Below, in pieces: positions 9,723 to 18,228 of a DNA stretch of 64,000 bases. Source of the DNA: a virus; the IMG/VR virus record IMGVR_UViG_3300028837_000518, positions 32,001-96,000 of that record; one strand, 5' to 3'. The number at the start of each line of letters is the position of its first letter. The stretch's first letter is position 1. The notes below the pieces were generated by a model that worked only from the letters and a program-made list of their open reading frames with translations, had not been told where the DNA came from and did no database searches. The translations under genes and the position numbers were made by a program.

Positions 9723-10528
9723 ATGATCTTGATAAAACAGCCCGTGTTGAGTCTCAGTATAAACGTGATGCTGACAGTTTGTGGGCGGATGGCATACGAG
9801 AGTTTGGCGCGTCCTCGTACCAAGGTCTGAGTGAAGAGCAGCAAGATACTGTAGCGGCACGAGTCAGAGTAATGGGTAGTGAACTTGGCGTTGACGAATT
9901 TGGCCAAGATACTGCCGGCAAAGAACCCATTGAAATAGACTCATTATCTTTTCCCGATCACCTCTTCAAAATTGGGAACTTCCATAGTTCTTACAACAAC
10001 AGTGGGCTTGATAGTATTCTTCGCAATGTGGTGGATACTTCTCTGTGGGATATTTTCGCAATTGATACACGCAATCCCGGCGAGGGTGATCGTGCCGAGA
10101 GATGTGGCACCTACTACATCCCTGATTGGAAAGCATCACTGGCACGCGCTGAAGATGCAGCCACACAACTTGCACTTGCTGGTGATTATAATGTAATGAG
10201 AGTGCGTCCCAGCATGATGCTACCACAACTGTCGCCACCACCACGAAGTGCTCGAGAAGCACTGTTGGCATTTCAGGAAGTAAAAGAAAAGTATAAAACA
10301 ACACTGGATTTTCATTGCAGATATGGTGAGTTTCACTTAGGAGTCCCACTGCAATGCACTGCCATTATTCCTGGTACATTCGACAACGTGCCTACGGCCC
10401 ATATAGTTTACCAAAACAGTCTTGATTGGTATAGAGAGGCTTTGCATATTGTAATTGAGACTTGTAGTTTAGTTCTTTCTATACCTTCGGATTATATCGG
10501 TAAGTACGTGCTTCAGTGGTCGCATTAG
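9692..10528 (+). CDS. hypothetical phage protein (MGLDIYL family)
   Basis: GGAGG RBS, GTG start. Confidence 0.65.
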   Translation: MGLDIYLYKVNDLDKTARVESQYKRDADSLWADGIREFGASSYQGLSEEQQDTVAARVRVMGSELGVDEFGQDTAGKEPIEIDSLSFPDHLFKIGNFHSSYNNSGLDSILRNVVDTSLWDIFAIDTRNPGEGDRAERCGTYYIPDWKASLARAEDAATQLALAGDYNVMRVRPSMMLPQLSPPPRSAREALLAFQEVKEKYKTTLDFHCRYGEFHLGVPLQCTAIIPGTFDNVPTAHIVYQNSLDWYREALHIVIETCSLVLSIPSDYIGKYVLQWSH

Positions 10529-10529
10529 A

Positions 10530-11498
10530 GTGCCTTTGGATAACCTACAAGAAATCCTTGCGAACCTAGCAATAGCACAAGGGACCTCAGAACCCAAGCC
10601 CAAAGTTGTATCTATCCGTGCCAGAAAGGTATTTCGTCCGGCTGGCTGGTCTGAGTTTGTTGGTCATAAAGATGTAGTGCGCATACTACGTCAGGCACGA
10701 CAGTCAGCAGAGTCAAGAATGGAAACACTTCGACCCGTACTGCTTTGGGGACCACCCGGTTGTGGCAAGACTACAGTTGCTCGTCTACTGGCAGGTAGTG
10801 CGGGGCTACGGGAACTATCAGGCCCCACTATTGACCCAATAGAACTAGCCAATGCTCTCCAAGAGTTGTATGGTGCGAGATTTGTTCTTATTGATGAGAT
10901 ACATGGGTTGGCTAGACCCGCCCAAGAAGTTCTTTACCCCGTTCTGGATGACGGTATAGTTCACTGGGCAGGTCTAGCTACAGAGATAACCACTTCCCTC
11001 ATTGGTGCTACAACCGAGCTTGGAAAGTTAGTCAAACCTCTTCGCGATAGATTCTCTCTATCACTCTACATTGGTCATTATAACGATGAAGAGATGACGA
11101 AGATTGCTGGACTCATGGCAAGGTCTCTCAAGCTGACTATACAACAACATGGTGCAAGAACAGTAGTAAAGTGGGCGCGAGGAACGCCGCGGTGGGCTTT
11201 ACGAATCATAGAGCGTGTTCGTGACTTTTCAACTTCTATGAGTAGACGGTCGGTAAGAAAAGCAGTTGAGGACTTAGGGTTTGATACTACTGGTCTACTG
11301 CCCGAAGAGCGGGTATATCTAACAGCACTATATCTACTTGGTGGTCGCTCGGGTATATCAAACCTTTCTGCATCCATGCAACAAGATAACAACTCAGTTA
11401 GAATAGTAGAGGCCTACCTGATTCGTGCTGGTTACGTTACAATTACATCACGCGGACGAACACTCACCGATAAAGGTGTTAGATACATTGACAAGTAA
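10530..11498 (+). CDS. ruvB: Holliday junction branch-migration ATPase RuvB-like
   Basis: FRP..W.EFVG, GPPGCGKTT, IDEIH, GATT, PLRDRF, RGTPR, C-terminal winged helix TSRGR. Confidence 0.9.
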   Translation: MPLDNLQEILANLAIAQGTSEPKPKVVSIRARKVFRPAGWSEFVGHKDVVRILRQARQSAESRMETLRPVLLWGPPGCGKTTVARLLAGSAGLRELSGPTIDPIELANALQELYGARFVLIDEIHGLARPAQEVLYPVLDDGIVHWAGLATEITTSLIGATTELGKLVKPLRDRFSLSLYIGHYNDEEMTKIAGLMARSLKLTIQQHGARTVVKWARGTPRWALRIIERVRDFSTSMSRRSVRKAVEDLGFDTTGLLPEERVYLTALYLLGGRSGISNLSASMQQDNNSVRIVEAYLIRAGYVTITSRGRTLTDKGVRYIDK

Positions 11499-11526
11499 CT
11501 ACTCGCTCATCCTGCTTGCAAGTCCT

Positions 11527-11571
11527 AACCGTAGACTACACCACGCCATGGTGCGGTCTGCGGTTTTTTTT
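11527..11571 (+). terminator. rho-independent terminator
   Basis: ACCGTAGAC..GTCTGCGGT stem followed by a T run. Confidence 0.75.
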
Positions 11572-11638
11572 GTACCGTTCTTTTTTTTGGTGTTCACTAT
11601 TAGATATATTTGTAACTTCATAGTAACCGCGAATTGAC

Positions 11639-12286
11639 ATGCAGAGAAACTTCTCATTCATTGCCAACTCAAATACTTTAGAGTTTCTAGCGCGTGTAGT
11701 AGCGGTTATTCGAGAGGATGACGCCTGGATTAGTAAGCGCAGAAAGCGCGAAGTGATACCCTGGGCTACAGTCACTGCCGACCGCGCAATGCGTTATACA
11801 GGAGTACTATTCCCTCATGACTGGGACCTTGCTTGGCAAGCTATCTCATGGTGTCGCGAGGTAATGGGAAAGAGAGAAGATGTTAATGACTATGAAGTGA
11901 ACCTACTCTTTTCTGTTATGGATGATAACTTTCCACATGAACAGCGCGCACTTCTGGCCAGCCTCATTCCTAAGTTTTACCGCGAGGGTGGCAGCACTGA
12001 CAGTATACATCTTGGCTCCGTTGCTATACGACAGTACTTCGACTACCTAAAACTAGAATGCACGCTGCCTATAGATACGGTTTGGGGTCATGGATATGTA
12101 TACCGATTCTCTGACTCTGATAGTAATGTACTCATTTGGTCAACAAGTAGTAAAAAACTGGATACTGGTTTAGTTTATGCCGGCAGATGTACCGTTAAAG
12201 CACATCGAGAAGTGCATGGTATTTGCAGTACTATTTTGACGCGATGCGCAATATCTGAATGTGGCAGCGATATAGTCCGAGCTTGA
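11639..12286 (+). CDS. hypothetical phage protein with C-terminal OB-like domain
   Basis: TVKAHREVHG..TILTRC tail. Confidence 0.55.
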   Translation: MQRNFSFIANSNTLEFLARVVAVIREDDAWISKRRKREVIPWATVTADRAMRYTGVLFPHDWDLAWQAISWCREVMGKREDVNDYEVNLLFSVMDDNFPHEQRALLASLIPKFYREGGSTDSIHLGSVAIRQYFDYLKLECTLPIDTVWGHGYVYRFSDSDSNVLIWSTSSKKLDTGLVYAGRCTVKAHREVHGICSTILTRCAISECGSDIVRA

Positions 12287-12343
12287 CCAATTATCCTTAT
12301 CGTCTTTTGCTGTCTTTTACGGCCTACCACTGCGGGTTGGGAT

Positions 12344-12372
12344 TTGACAAGACGTAGAATCTATGCTACAAT
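12344..12372 (+). promoter_or_regulatory. sigma70 promoter for the ORF / Y RNA-tRNA array / rsr unit
   Basis: TTGACA-17 bp-TACAAT with extended -10 TG. Confidence 0.75.
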
Positions 12373-12385
12373 TTTCGGCGCATAA

Positions 12386-13149
12386 TTGCGTGTGCAGGTG
12401 AAACTCCTACGGAAAACACAAATCCAGGAGGCAGTAATGAAGTTCAATAATTTTTCCCTTAGAGTTATCGGAGGGCGCGAGAAAGCAAGTGGTTATGTTG
12501 AGATAACGCATGGCCAGCAATACTCGCTATCCATGCGTAACTTCGATAGTTTACCATGTGATGCAAAAGTAGTAATAGGTGATGTGCATATCGGCACCTG
12601 GCGTATTAGAGGCAATCGCTCCATCATCATTGAGCGGCCAGTAAATGACCAGGGTCGGTTCACCTTCTATAAGGTTGGTTCGAGTGAAGCTGAGAAGATA
12701 GGTGCTACACCGGGTGCGTCCCGTAACGGCCTAATCACGGTTACATTCACGCCAGAAATACCAAAGCCCGTACAACTTATCTACCCCCATCATTCATATA
12801 ACGACCCTTGGCGATGGCGGCCACGATATGATAGTAATTGGCTCTTTTCCTGTGGTTCGAGTACAGGTGGTGGTAGCGTACAGTCGCAGCTGCGGGGCAG
12901 CCCTGTCAGCTTTGGTGATACTCCCGTTACTGCTGATTCGTATGAAGAGGGTGTTTCTGGTCTTTCAGGATATAGTGATCAAAGATTCACCCGCGTTGCA
13001 CCACTTGACTACGATCTAACACGACAGACAACAATATCTTTGCGACTAGTCTGTAGTGACATCAGGGGGGAACCACGACCGCTAGTTTCTTGCGGTAATC
13101 CAGTCCCTCCGCCAGTATAGATATTCTTTAGTTTCTACTGCACACGCAA
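12386..13149. repeat. 20-bp inverted repeat (12386-12405 / 13130-13149) bracketing ORF 12437-13120
   Basis: TTGCGTGTGCAGgtGAAACT vs AGTTTCtaCTGCACACGCAA, 18/20 complementary. Confidence 0.8.
12437..13120 (+). CDS. hypothetical beta-rich protein, first gene of the Ro60/Y RNA unit
   Basis: AGGAGG RBS, ATG 12437; no recognised catalytic motif. Confidence 0.75.
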   Translation: MKFNNFSLRVIGGREKASGYVEITHGQQYSLSMRNFDSLPCDAKVVIGDVHIGTWRIRGNRSIIIERPVNDQGRFTFYKVGSSEAEKIGATPGASRNGLITVTFTPEIPKPVQLIYPHHSYNDPWRWRPRYDSNWLFSCGSSTGGGSVQSQLRGSPVSFGDTPVTADSYEEGVSGLSGYSDQRFTRVAPLDYDLTRQTTISLRLVCSDIRGEPRPLVSCGNPVPPPV

Positions 13150-13151
13150 CA

Positions 13152-13214
13152 CGTCTGGGTCGCCGATTGCTGGTTACCACTTAAATGTTCCAGTAATCAC
13201 GAACTTATCCGGCG
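13152..13214 (+). ncRNA. Y-RNA-like element Y1
   Basis: outer CGUCUGGGU/AUCCGGCG, inner GAUUGCUGG/CCAGUAAUC, GGUUA and CUUAUC motifs. Confidence 0.7.
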
Positions 13215-13226
13215 CTTACTTTAAAC

Positions 13227-13320
13227 ACCACACCGAGCTAGTATTTCTAAAGAAACCGTGCGATCTTTGATTCTAAGATCAAAGATTCTACAACTTCTAA
13301 GTGACAGTCTTGGTGTTGGT
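13227..13320 (+). ncRNA. structured RNA lacking the Y motif, between Y1 and Y2
   Basis: ACCACACCGAG/CUUGGUGUUGGU closing stem; perfect AUCUUUGAU/AUCAAAGAU hairpin. Confidence 0.4.
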
Positions 13321-13322
13321 AC

Positions 13323-13423
13323 GGGTTGGGTCGAAGTATGTCGGTTATCATACATAGTAATAGCATGGGTAAGAGTACGGCTCTACCATGCCCAAACTCG
13401 ACATACATTCCCTTATCCAATCC
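13323..13423 (+). ncRNA. Y-RNA-like element Y2
   Basis: GGGUUGGGU/AUCCAAUCC, GUAUGUCG/CGACAUAC, GGUCGAAG, GGUUAUC, CUUAUC; internal GCAUGG/CCAUGC arm. Confidence 0.8.
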
Positions 13424-13440
13424 ATAATACTTAAATTGTT

Positions 13441-13499
13441 GGCTAGGTCGAAGTATGCTGGTTATCCTCTATGATCCCGGCTACAATCCTTATCTAGCC
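13441..13499 (+). ncRNA. Y-RNA-like element Y3 (minimal)
   Basis: GGCUAGGU/AUCUAGCC, GUAuGCUGG/CCGGCUAC, GGUCGAAG, GGUUAUC. Confidence 0.8.
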
Positions 13500-13502
13500 T
13501 TT

Positions 13503-13575
13503 AGGTAAATAGCTCAGTTGGTAGAGCACTTCTTTTACAAAGAAGAGATCGCAGGTTCGAGTCCTGCTTTGCCTA
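13503..13575 (+). tRNA. tRNA-Val(TAC)
   Basis: full cloverleaf, anticodon loop TT-TAC-AA, T arm GCAGG TTCGAGT CCTGC; no encoded CCA. Confidence 0.92.
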
Positions 13576-13586
13576 CTAAAACTTAA

Positions 13587-13693
13587 TAGATTAGGTCGAA
13601 GAGTATCGGTTATCAAGGCAAGCCGAGAGGTTGGTCTGGTGAGCCAGACTTAACATCGGTTATGAAAACGATCTCACAAACTTATCTAATCTA
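13587..13693 (+). ncRNA. Y-RNA-like element Y4
   Basis: UAGAUUAGGU/AUCUAAUCUA, GAGuAUCG/CGAUCUC, GGUUAUC; long internal arm GGUCUGG/CCAGACU. Confidence 0.8.
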
Positions 13694-13696
13694 CAT

Positions 13697-13768
13697 GGGG
13701 GCGTAGCTTAACGGGAAAGCACCTCTTTTGCAAGGAGGGTACTGGAGGTTCAATTCCTCCCGTCTCCA
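13697..13768 (+). tRNA. tRNA-Ala(TGC)
   Basis: cloverleaf, G3:U70 identity pair, anticodon TGC. Confidence 0.92.
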
Positions 13769-13771
13769 CCT

Positions 13772-13834
13772 CTTGGGTCGAATGCATTGGGTTATTCAAG
13801 GTGAAAACTTCCCAACGCAGTTAACTTATCCAAG
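13772..13834 (+). ncRNA. Y-RNA-like element Y5
   Basis: CUUGGGU/AUCCAAG, UGCaUUGGG/CCCAAcGCA, GGUCGAA, GGUUAU, CUUAUC. Confidence 0.8.
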
Positions 13835-13843
13835 TAATAATAT

Positions 13844-13916
13844 GCGGGAGTAGCTCAGTTGGTAGAGCATCGCCTTGCCAGGGCGAGGGTCACGAGTTCG
13901 AGTCTCGTTTTCCGCT
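13844..13916 (+). tRNA. tRNA-Gly(GCC)
   Basis: cloverleaf, anticodon GCC, U73 discriminator. Confidence 0.92.
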
Positions 13917-13925
13917 TATGTTGTT

Positions 13926-14004
13926 AAGCCGGGTCGAGTTCAGTGGGTTATTGTGTATAATAATCCTTGTGTGTGTTTTCCCACTGGAAAAGTTAACCTG
14001 GCTT
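13926..14004 (+). ncRNA. Y-RNA-like element Y6
   Basis: AAGCCGGGU/ACCUGGCUU, UUCAGUGGG/CCCACUGGA, GGUCGAG, GGGUUAUUG; followed by a U-run. Confidence 0.78.
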
Positions 14005-14051
14005 TTATCTCTCTGGGACGCTTTTCCATCCACCACTACTAGGAGGTTATA

Positions 14052-15752
14052 ATGAGCAATTACGGCCAACACTTCTCTACACAGCAAACCGTCCAGACCG
14101 AGCCCATCCCAGGAAAAGATATGGGAGAAAACTTGGCTGGTGGTTATGCATTCAAGATTGATAAGTGGGCAAGACTTCAGCGTTTTCTTATCCTCGGCGC
14201 GGAAGGCACCTACTATGCTAGCGGTCAAGCAATGACCATTGATAATGCTAACGTAGTAGTGGATTGTATTCGGGAAGATGGCCGGCGAGTGGTAGATAGT
14301 ATTGTTACTACCTCACAAGAGGGTCGTGCGCCCAAGAATGACTCAGCACTATTTGCCCTTCTCATGTGTATGACACCAGACTTTGCCAATCTTGCAACTC
14401 GCCAAGCAGCATTTGCTGCTCTTCCTGCAGTTGCACGAATTGGTACGCACCTATTTAAGTTCTGCTCTGAGGTTGACTCAATGCGGGGTTGGGGACGTGG
14501 GCTACGACGCGCACTCTCTAGGTGGTACAACTCTAAAGCTCCTGCTCGCCTTGCATACCAAGTTGTAAAGTATCAGCAGCGGCATGGCTGGACCCACAGA
14601 GATGTATTGCGCAAGGCTCACCCAGTCCCCTTATCGGATGCGCACAAGATTATCTATCACTACATAACTCAAAAGGAGCTACCATGTAGTCTCGCGCAGA
14701 CAGAGGGTGGTGTGGATATGTTGTATGCCTTCGAGTCTATCAAACGGGCCGAGAGTGTTAATCAGGCCACACAACTAATCCGTGAATTCAGACTTCCTCG
14801 CGAGGCAGTGCCAACTCGATTCTTGAATGATAGTGCTATTTGGCAAGCACTACTAGAATCTATGCCTATGACCGCCATGATTCGCAACCTTGCCAAGATG
14901 ACCAGTATTGGTCTACTTGCTCCCTTGTCGTTCGCAGCTAACTTTGTAGTAAAGCAATTAGGTAATGCAGATTATCTGAGACGCGCACGCGTTCACCCAT
15001 TCTCTGTATTTCTTGCGTTGCGAACCTACGCGATGGGTTGCGGTATTCGTGGTAAGCTTCGGTGGGAACCAGTACCTGCCATAGTAGATGCGCTTGACAA
15101 GGCTTTTTACTTGTGTTTTGATAATGTTGAGCCAACTGGAAAGCGTATAGTAATCGGCGTTGATGTCTCGGGTAGCATGAGTGCGCCGATACTCGCTGAT
15201 CCTAATACACAATTCATGGTACCGGGGCCACCATCAGTCCTGGAGGCCGCTGCTGCAATTGCGTTAGTTACTAACGCTGTGGAACCCAATAGTACTATAG
15301 TAGCATTCTCGCATGATATAGTACCAATCACTATTACACCGCGCCAGCGGATTGATAACCTTTGCAACGAGCTACGCGGCCTACCAATGGGCAATACAGA
15401 CTGTGCTCTACCCATGCTTTGGGCGCTAGGTTATGCGCCCGATGTACGTGGTGGTATTCACAGATGGTTCCGTCACCCCTGCGATTATAAGAAAGTTAGG
15501 GACAACGTTATCGAGGCTGATGTTTTCATAGTAATTACCGACAACGAGACTTGGTTTGGCAAGATACACCCTGTGCAGGCACTAAACAAGTATCGAAAGC
15601 AAACAGGTATTGACGCCAAGCTAGTTGTTCTCGCTATGACCTCTACCGGATTTTCTATAGCTGACCCCAATGATTCTGGAATGCTTGATATTTGTGGTAT
15701 GGATAGCGCTGTTCCCACACTTATCTCTGACTTTATAAGTGGCAGAGTTTAG
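14052..15752 (+). CDS. rsr: Ro60/Rsr TROVE-domain RNA-binding protein with vWA domain
   Basis: LQRFLILG..GTYY, GWGRGLRRA, KYQQRHGWTHRDVLRKAHP, MTAMIRNL, MIDAS DVSGSM and TDNET. Confidence 0.95.
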   Translation: MSNYGQHFSTQQTVQTEPIPGKDMGENLAGGYAFKIDKWARLQRFLILGAEGTYYASGQAMTIDNANVVVDCIREDGRRVVDSIVTTSQEGRAPKNDSALFALLMCMTPDFANLATRQAAFAALPAVARIGTHLFKFCSEVDSMRGWGRGLRRALSRWYNSKAPARLAYQVVKYQQRHGWTHRDVLRKAHPVPLSDAHKIIYHYITQKELPCSLAQTEGGVDMLYAFESIKRAESVNQATQLIREFRLPREAVPTRFLNDSAIWQALLESMPMTAMIRNLAKMTSIGLLAPLSFAANFVVKQLGNADYLRRARVHPFSVFLALRTYAMGCGIRGKLRWEPVPAIVDALDKAFYLCFDNVEPTGKRIVIGVDVSGSMSAPILADPNTQFMVPGPPSVLEAAAAIALVTNAVEPNSTIVAFSHDIVPITITPRQRIDNLCNELRGLPMGNTDCALPMLWALGYAPDVRGGIHRWFRHPCDYKKVRDNVIEADVFIVITDNETWFGKIHPVQALNKYRKQTGIDAKLVVLAMTSTGFSIADPNDSGMLDICGMDSAVPTLISDFISGRV

Positions 15753-15753
15753 C

Positions 15754-16209
15754 ATGAGCGAGGCGGAAAGACTTGAGGCTCTAATAGATCAGTTAGCAGA
15801 GCTAAGAGATATGGTGCACTTTCTTCAAAGTGCCGAAGACGATGCGAAAGCAACGCTAGAGCAAGTACAAGAATACCAAATCTATAACAATATAGTAGAT
15901 GGGCGCAAAAAGCTAAAGCGACAGGTTAAAGAACACGAAGTAGTAATACGTAACTTAGTTGTTAAAGTCTTTAGTGAAACAGGCATAAGGTATCCGGGGA
16001 CAGGTCGTGCATATATTCAAATGGTTAAGACTTGTGTCTACGACGAAACCAATATTCATGCCTGGTGTGTCGAACGCGCCCCCGGCTTTCTCAATCTTAA
16101 TACTAGAGCAATTGAGAAAGCAGCAAAGTCGGGTGCAAATGGTATGCCTATAGAAGTTACTGTAGTTCCGCGCGGTTATATCAAGGGCAAGCTAGATGTC
16201 CCGGCCTAA
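15754..16209 (+). CDS. hypothetical coiled-coil phage protein
   Basis: starts 1 nt after the rsr stop. Confidence 0.65.
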   Translation: MSEAERLEALIDQLAELRDMVHFLQSAEDDAKATLEQVQEYQIYNNIVDGRKKLKRQVKEHEVVIRNLVVKVFSETGIRYPGTGRAYIQMVKTCVYDETNIHAWCVERAPGFLNLNTRAIEKAAKSGANGMPIEVTVVPRGYIKGKLDVPA

Positions 16210-16699
16210 TACACCAAGCTTTTGGACAACAACACATACTACCAGTGAAAAGGACGAGTGGGAAACACCGCGAAGTCTCGTTAGCTACTTAGCACAGTAC
16301 TTTTCCTGGGACCTTGATGTGTGTGCGAGTCGAGCAAATGTCTGCGAGACCTTTCTTACTAAGGCCGATAACGCCCTAAGTTGTAGTTGGACGGGACTGT
16401 GCTGGAATAACCCACCATACGGAAAAGAGATGCGTCGGTGGATTGCTAAAGCAAAACACGCTGCGCAGTCCCCCGGCACTACAGTAGTCTGTCTAGTGCC
16501 GGCTCGCACCGATACTAAGTGGTGGCATCACAACGTTCCTGAAGCAAGCTTGGTAGTTTTCTTAAAGGGTCGACTTAGCTTTGAACTAGATAACATTGGG
16601 CAACCCGCACCATTCCCATCAGCTATAATAGTGTTTGGTCCACTAAGTGAACTACAGAAAAATGTTCTAAAACACATGGGCTGGTCACCACTAGGATAG
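16196..16699 (+). CDS. phage DNA N6-adenine methyltransferase (Dam-like family)
   Basis: DEWETP, LDVCA, NPPYG, VPARTDTKWW, FLKGRL. Confidence 0.9.
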   Translation: MSRPNTPSFWTTTHTTSEKDEWETPRSLVSYLAQYFSWDLDVCASRANVCETFLTKADNALSCSWTGLCWNNPPYGKEMRRWIAKAKHAAQSPGTTVVCLVPARTDTKWWHHNVPEASLVVFLKGRLSFELDNIGQPAPFPSAIIVFGPLSELQKNVLKHMGWSPLG

Positions 16700-16706
16700 G
16701 AGAGAG

Positions 16707-17078
16707 ATGTTACTTAGTAAAAAGGAAACTAAACAACTGTTGCGCGCACTCTGTGAAGTCACCGACATTGAGCAATGTCAACCTTATACAATGGTGCGAG
16801 TAGTTATACCTAAGCTTCCCAACGTCTTAGGGGCGCATCCCGAGGCAATAACCGCTGCTGGATTCTCTAAAGTTGTATGGCCCGATAAGTGGTCGCCCAC
16901 GATTGGTATTCGTATTGCTAAAGTACGCGCTGCCGACCGTATATTTAACGGGCTATGGGATGTTAACTTTCGCGTTACAGTAGAGTGTGCGCAGAAGTGG
17001 CGGGAGCAAGTTAAGGCAGCCCGACCAGAGCTACACACTGATGAGGTAGAACTTCTTCCCGCGAGTGTTCCTGCGTGA
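16707..17078 (+). CDS. hypothetical protein
   Basis: AGGAG RBS. Confidence 0.6.
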   Translation: MLLSKKETKQLLRALCEVTDIEQCQPYTMVRVVIPKLPNVLGAHPEAITAAGFSKVVWPDKWSPTIGIRIAKVRAADRIFNGLWDVNFRVTVECAQKWREQVKAARPELHTDEVELLPASVPA

Positions 17079-17464
17079 AGAAAACACGGTTAGCATTCAA
17101 TCACTACACGAGTATAGGGTGGTTACTACGACACCCCAAGGAACTCTTTCAGGAACTAAAGTGGTTTATTCAGCGTGGTCTTTATGGGTATTCTGATAGA
17201 GATGTTTGGGGTATATGTGACTACCTCGTAGCGTGGATGCCGTCTGCAATTGACCAACTAAGGAAAAATTCCCATAGTTTTCCCACTGAACTATCACATT
17301 TTGACTGGCATGTTATTCTTGCCGAGATAAAGAATGGTTGGCAAGCAGGTGAAAAGTGGCTAGCTTGTGAATATACTAGCGATGACGAGCGTGAAGAGAT
17401 AGAGAAGACTTTCTACAAAGGCTTTGCTCTCTTCTATGCGTGGTTCTGGCACCTTTGGGATTGA
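17075..17464 (+). CDS. hypothetical phage protein
   Basis: Trp-rich ORF ending FWHLWD. Confidence 0.6.
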   Translation: MKKTRLAFNHYTSIGWLLRHPKELFQELKWFIQRGLYGYSDRDVWGICDYLVAWMPSAIDQLRKNSHSFPTELSHFDWHVILAEIKNGWQAGEKWLACEYTSDDEREEIEKTFYKGFALFYAWFWHLWD

Positions 17465-17500
17465 CAACGTGATTACTAAAGTAGTAAGTATTCAATTGGG

Positions 17501-17923
17501 ATGCGAGAAATAAAAGGCGATTTGTGGCGTTACTACGCAGCCGGCGTACCATGCTGTATTACAGTGAATGGTTTTGTAAAGGCTAATGGTTGTGCTGTGA
17601 TGGGGCGTGGTAGCGTGTATTCCTACTGCGTCCCCATTTGTTTTCTTTTCCAGTTAAAAGAGATCGGGCTACCTGCGTTAGTAATCGTAGTAATGTAGTG
17701 CGACACATGCGAAGGAAATTTAGGCCCGGTATGGGCACTAAAGGCTGAGCCACTTGTTATCAGGGCAAGCCTTTCATATCTCGATCACATTCGTATAGCA
17801 ATGGATTGGCGTGTAGTAATACTACCAAGGCCAGGATGTGGTGCTGGTGAACTTGACTGGGAAGAAGATGTACGCCCTATTTGTAATAAGTATAAGGAAT
17901 GGTTATGGATAATCTCGAAGTGA
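17501..17923 (+). pseudogene. fragmented macrodomain (ADP-ribose-binding) gene
   Basis: IKGDLW..ITVNG..AVMGRG in one frame; FSFPVK and ILPRPGCGAGELDWEEDVRP downstream in shifted frame(s); central segment missing. Confidence 0.65.
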
Positions 17924-18228
17924 TATTAACTATATCGGTGCTTGACAATTTTACCAGTACTTTAGGTGAATCCAAGCTAGCATTGGACGCACTGGTTATT
18001 GCTATCCAAAGCTGTAAGCGCACTCAACTAGAAGTTACCCTTCTACATTGGCACTTTCCTTATGTGCTAGCAGGTTTCATAGCGGATTACTGCCCAACAA
18101 AATGGCTATTTTTATTGTAAATTGGAATACTGAGTTAACACGTACTGAGATACTGGCAAGTACGAAGTCACAACTAGGCAATATTGATTTTAGTTATAGC
18201 GGCACACATGATGCCCTGTATATAGGTT

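Noticed and set aside
13152-14004. CRISPR array interpretation of the repeated GGTCGAA..GGTTA..CTTATC motifs
   Set aside because: The repeats are not identical, they pair across each unit with covarying stems, spacing is irregular, tRNAs are interleaved and there is no cas operon. The adjacent Ro60 explains them better.
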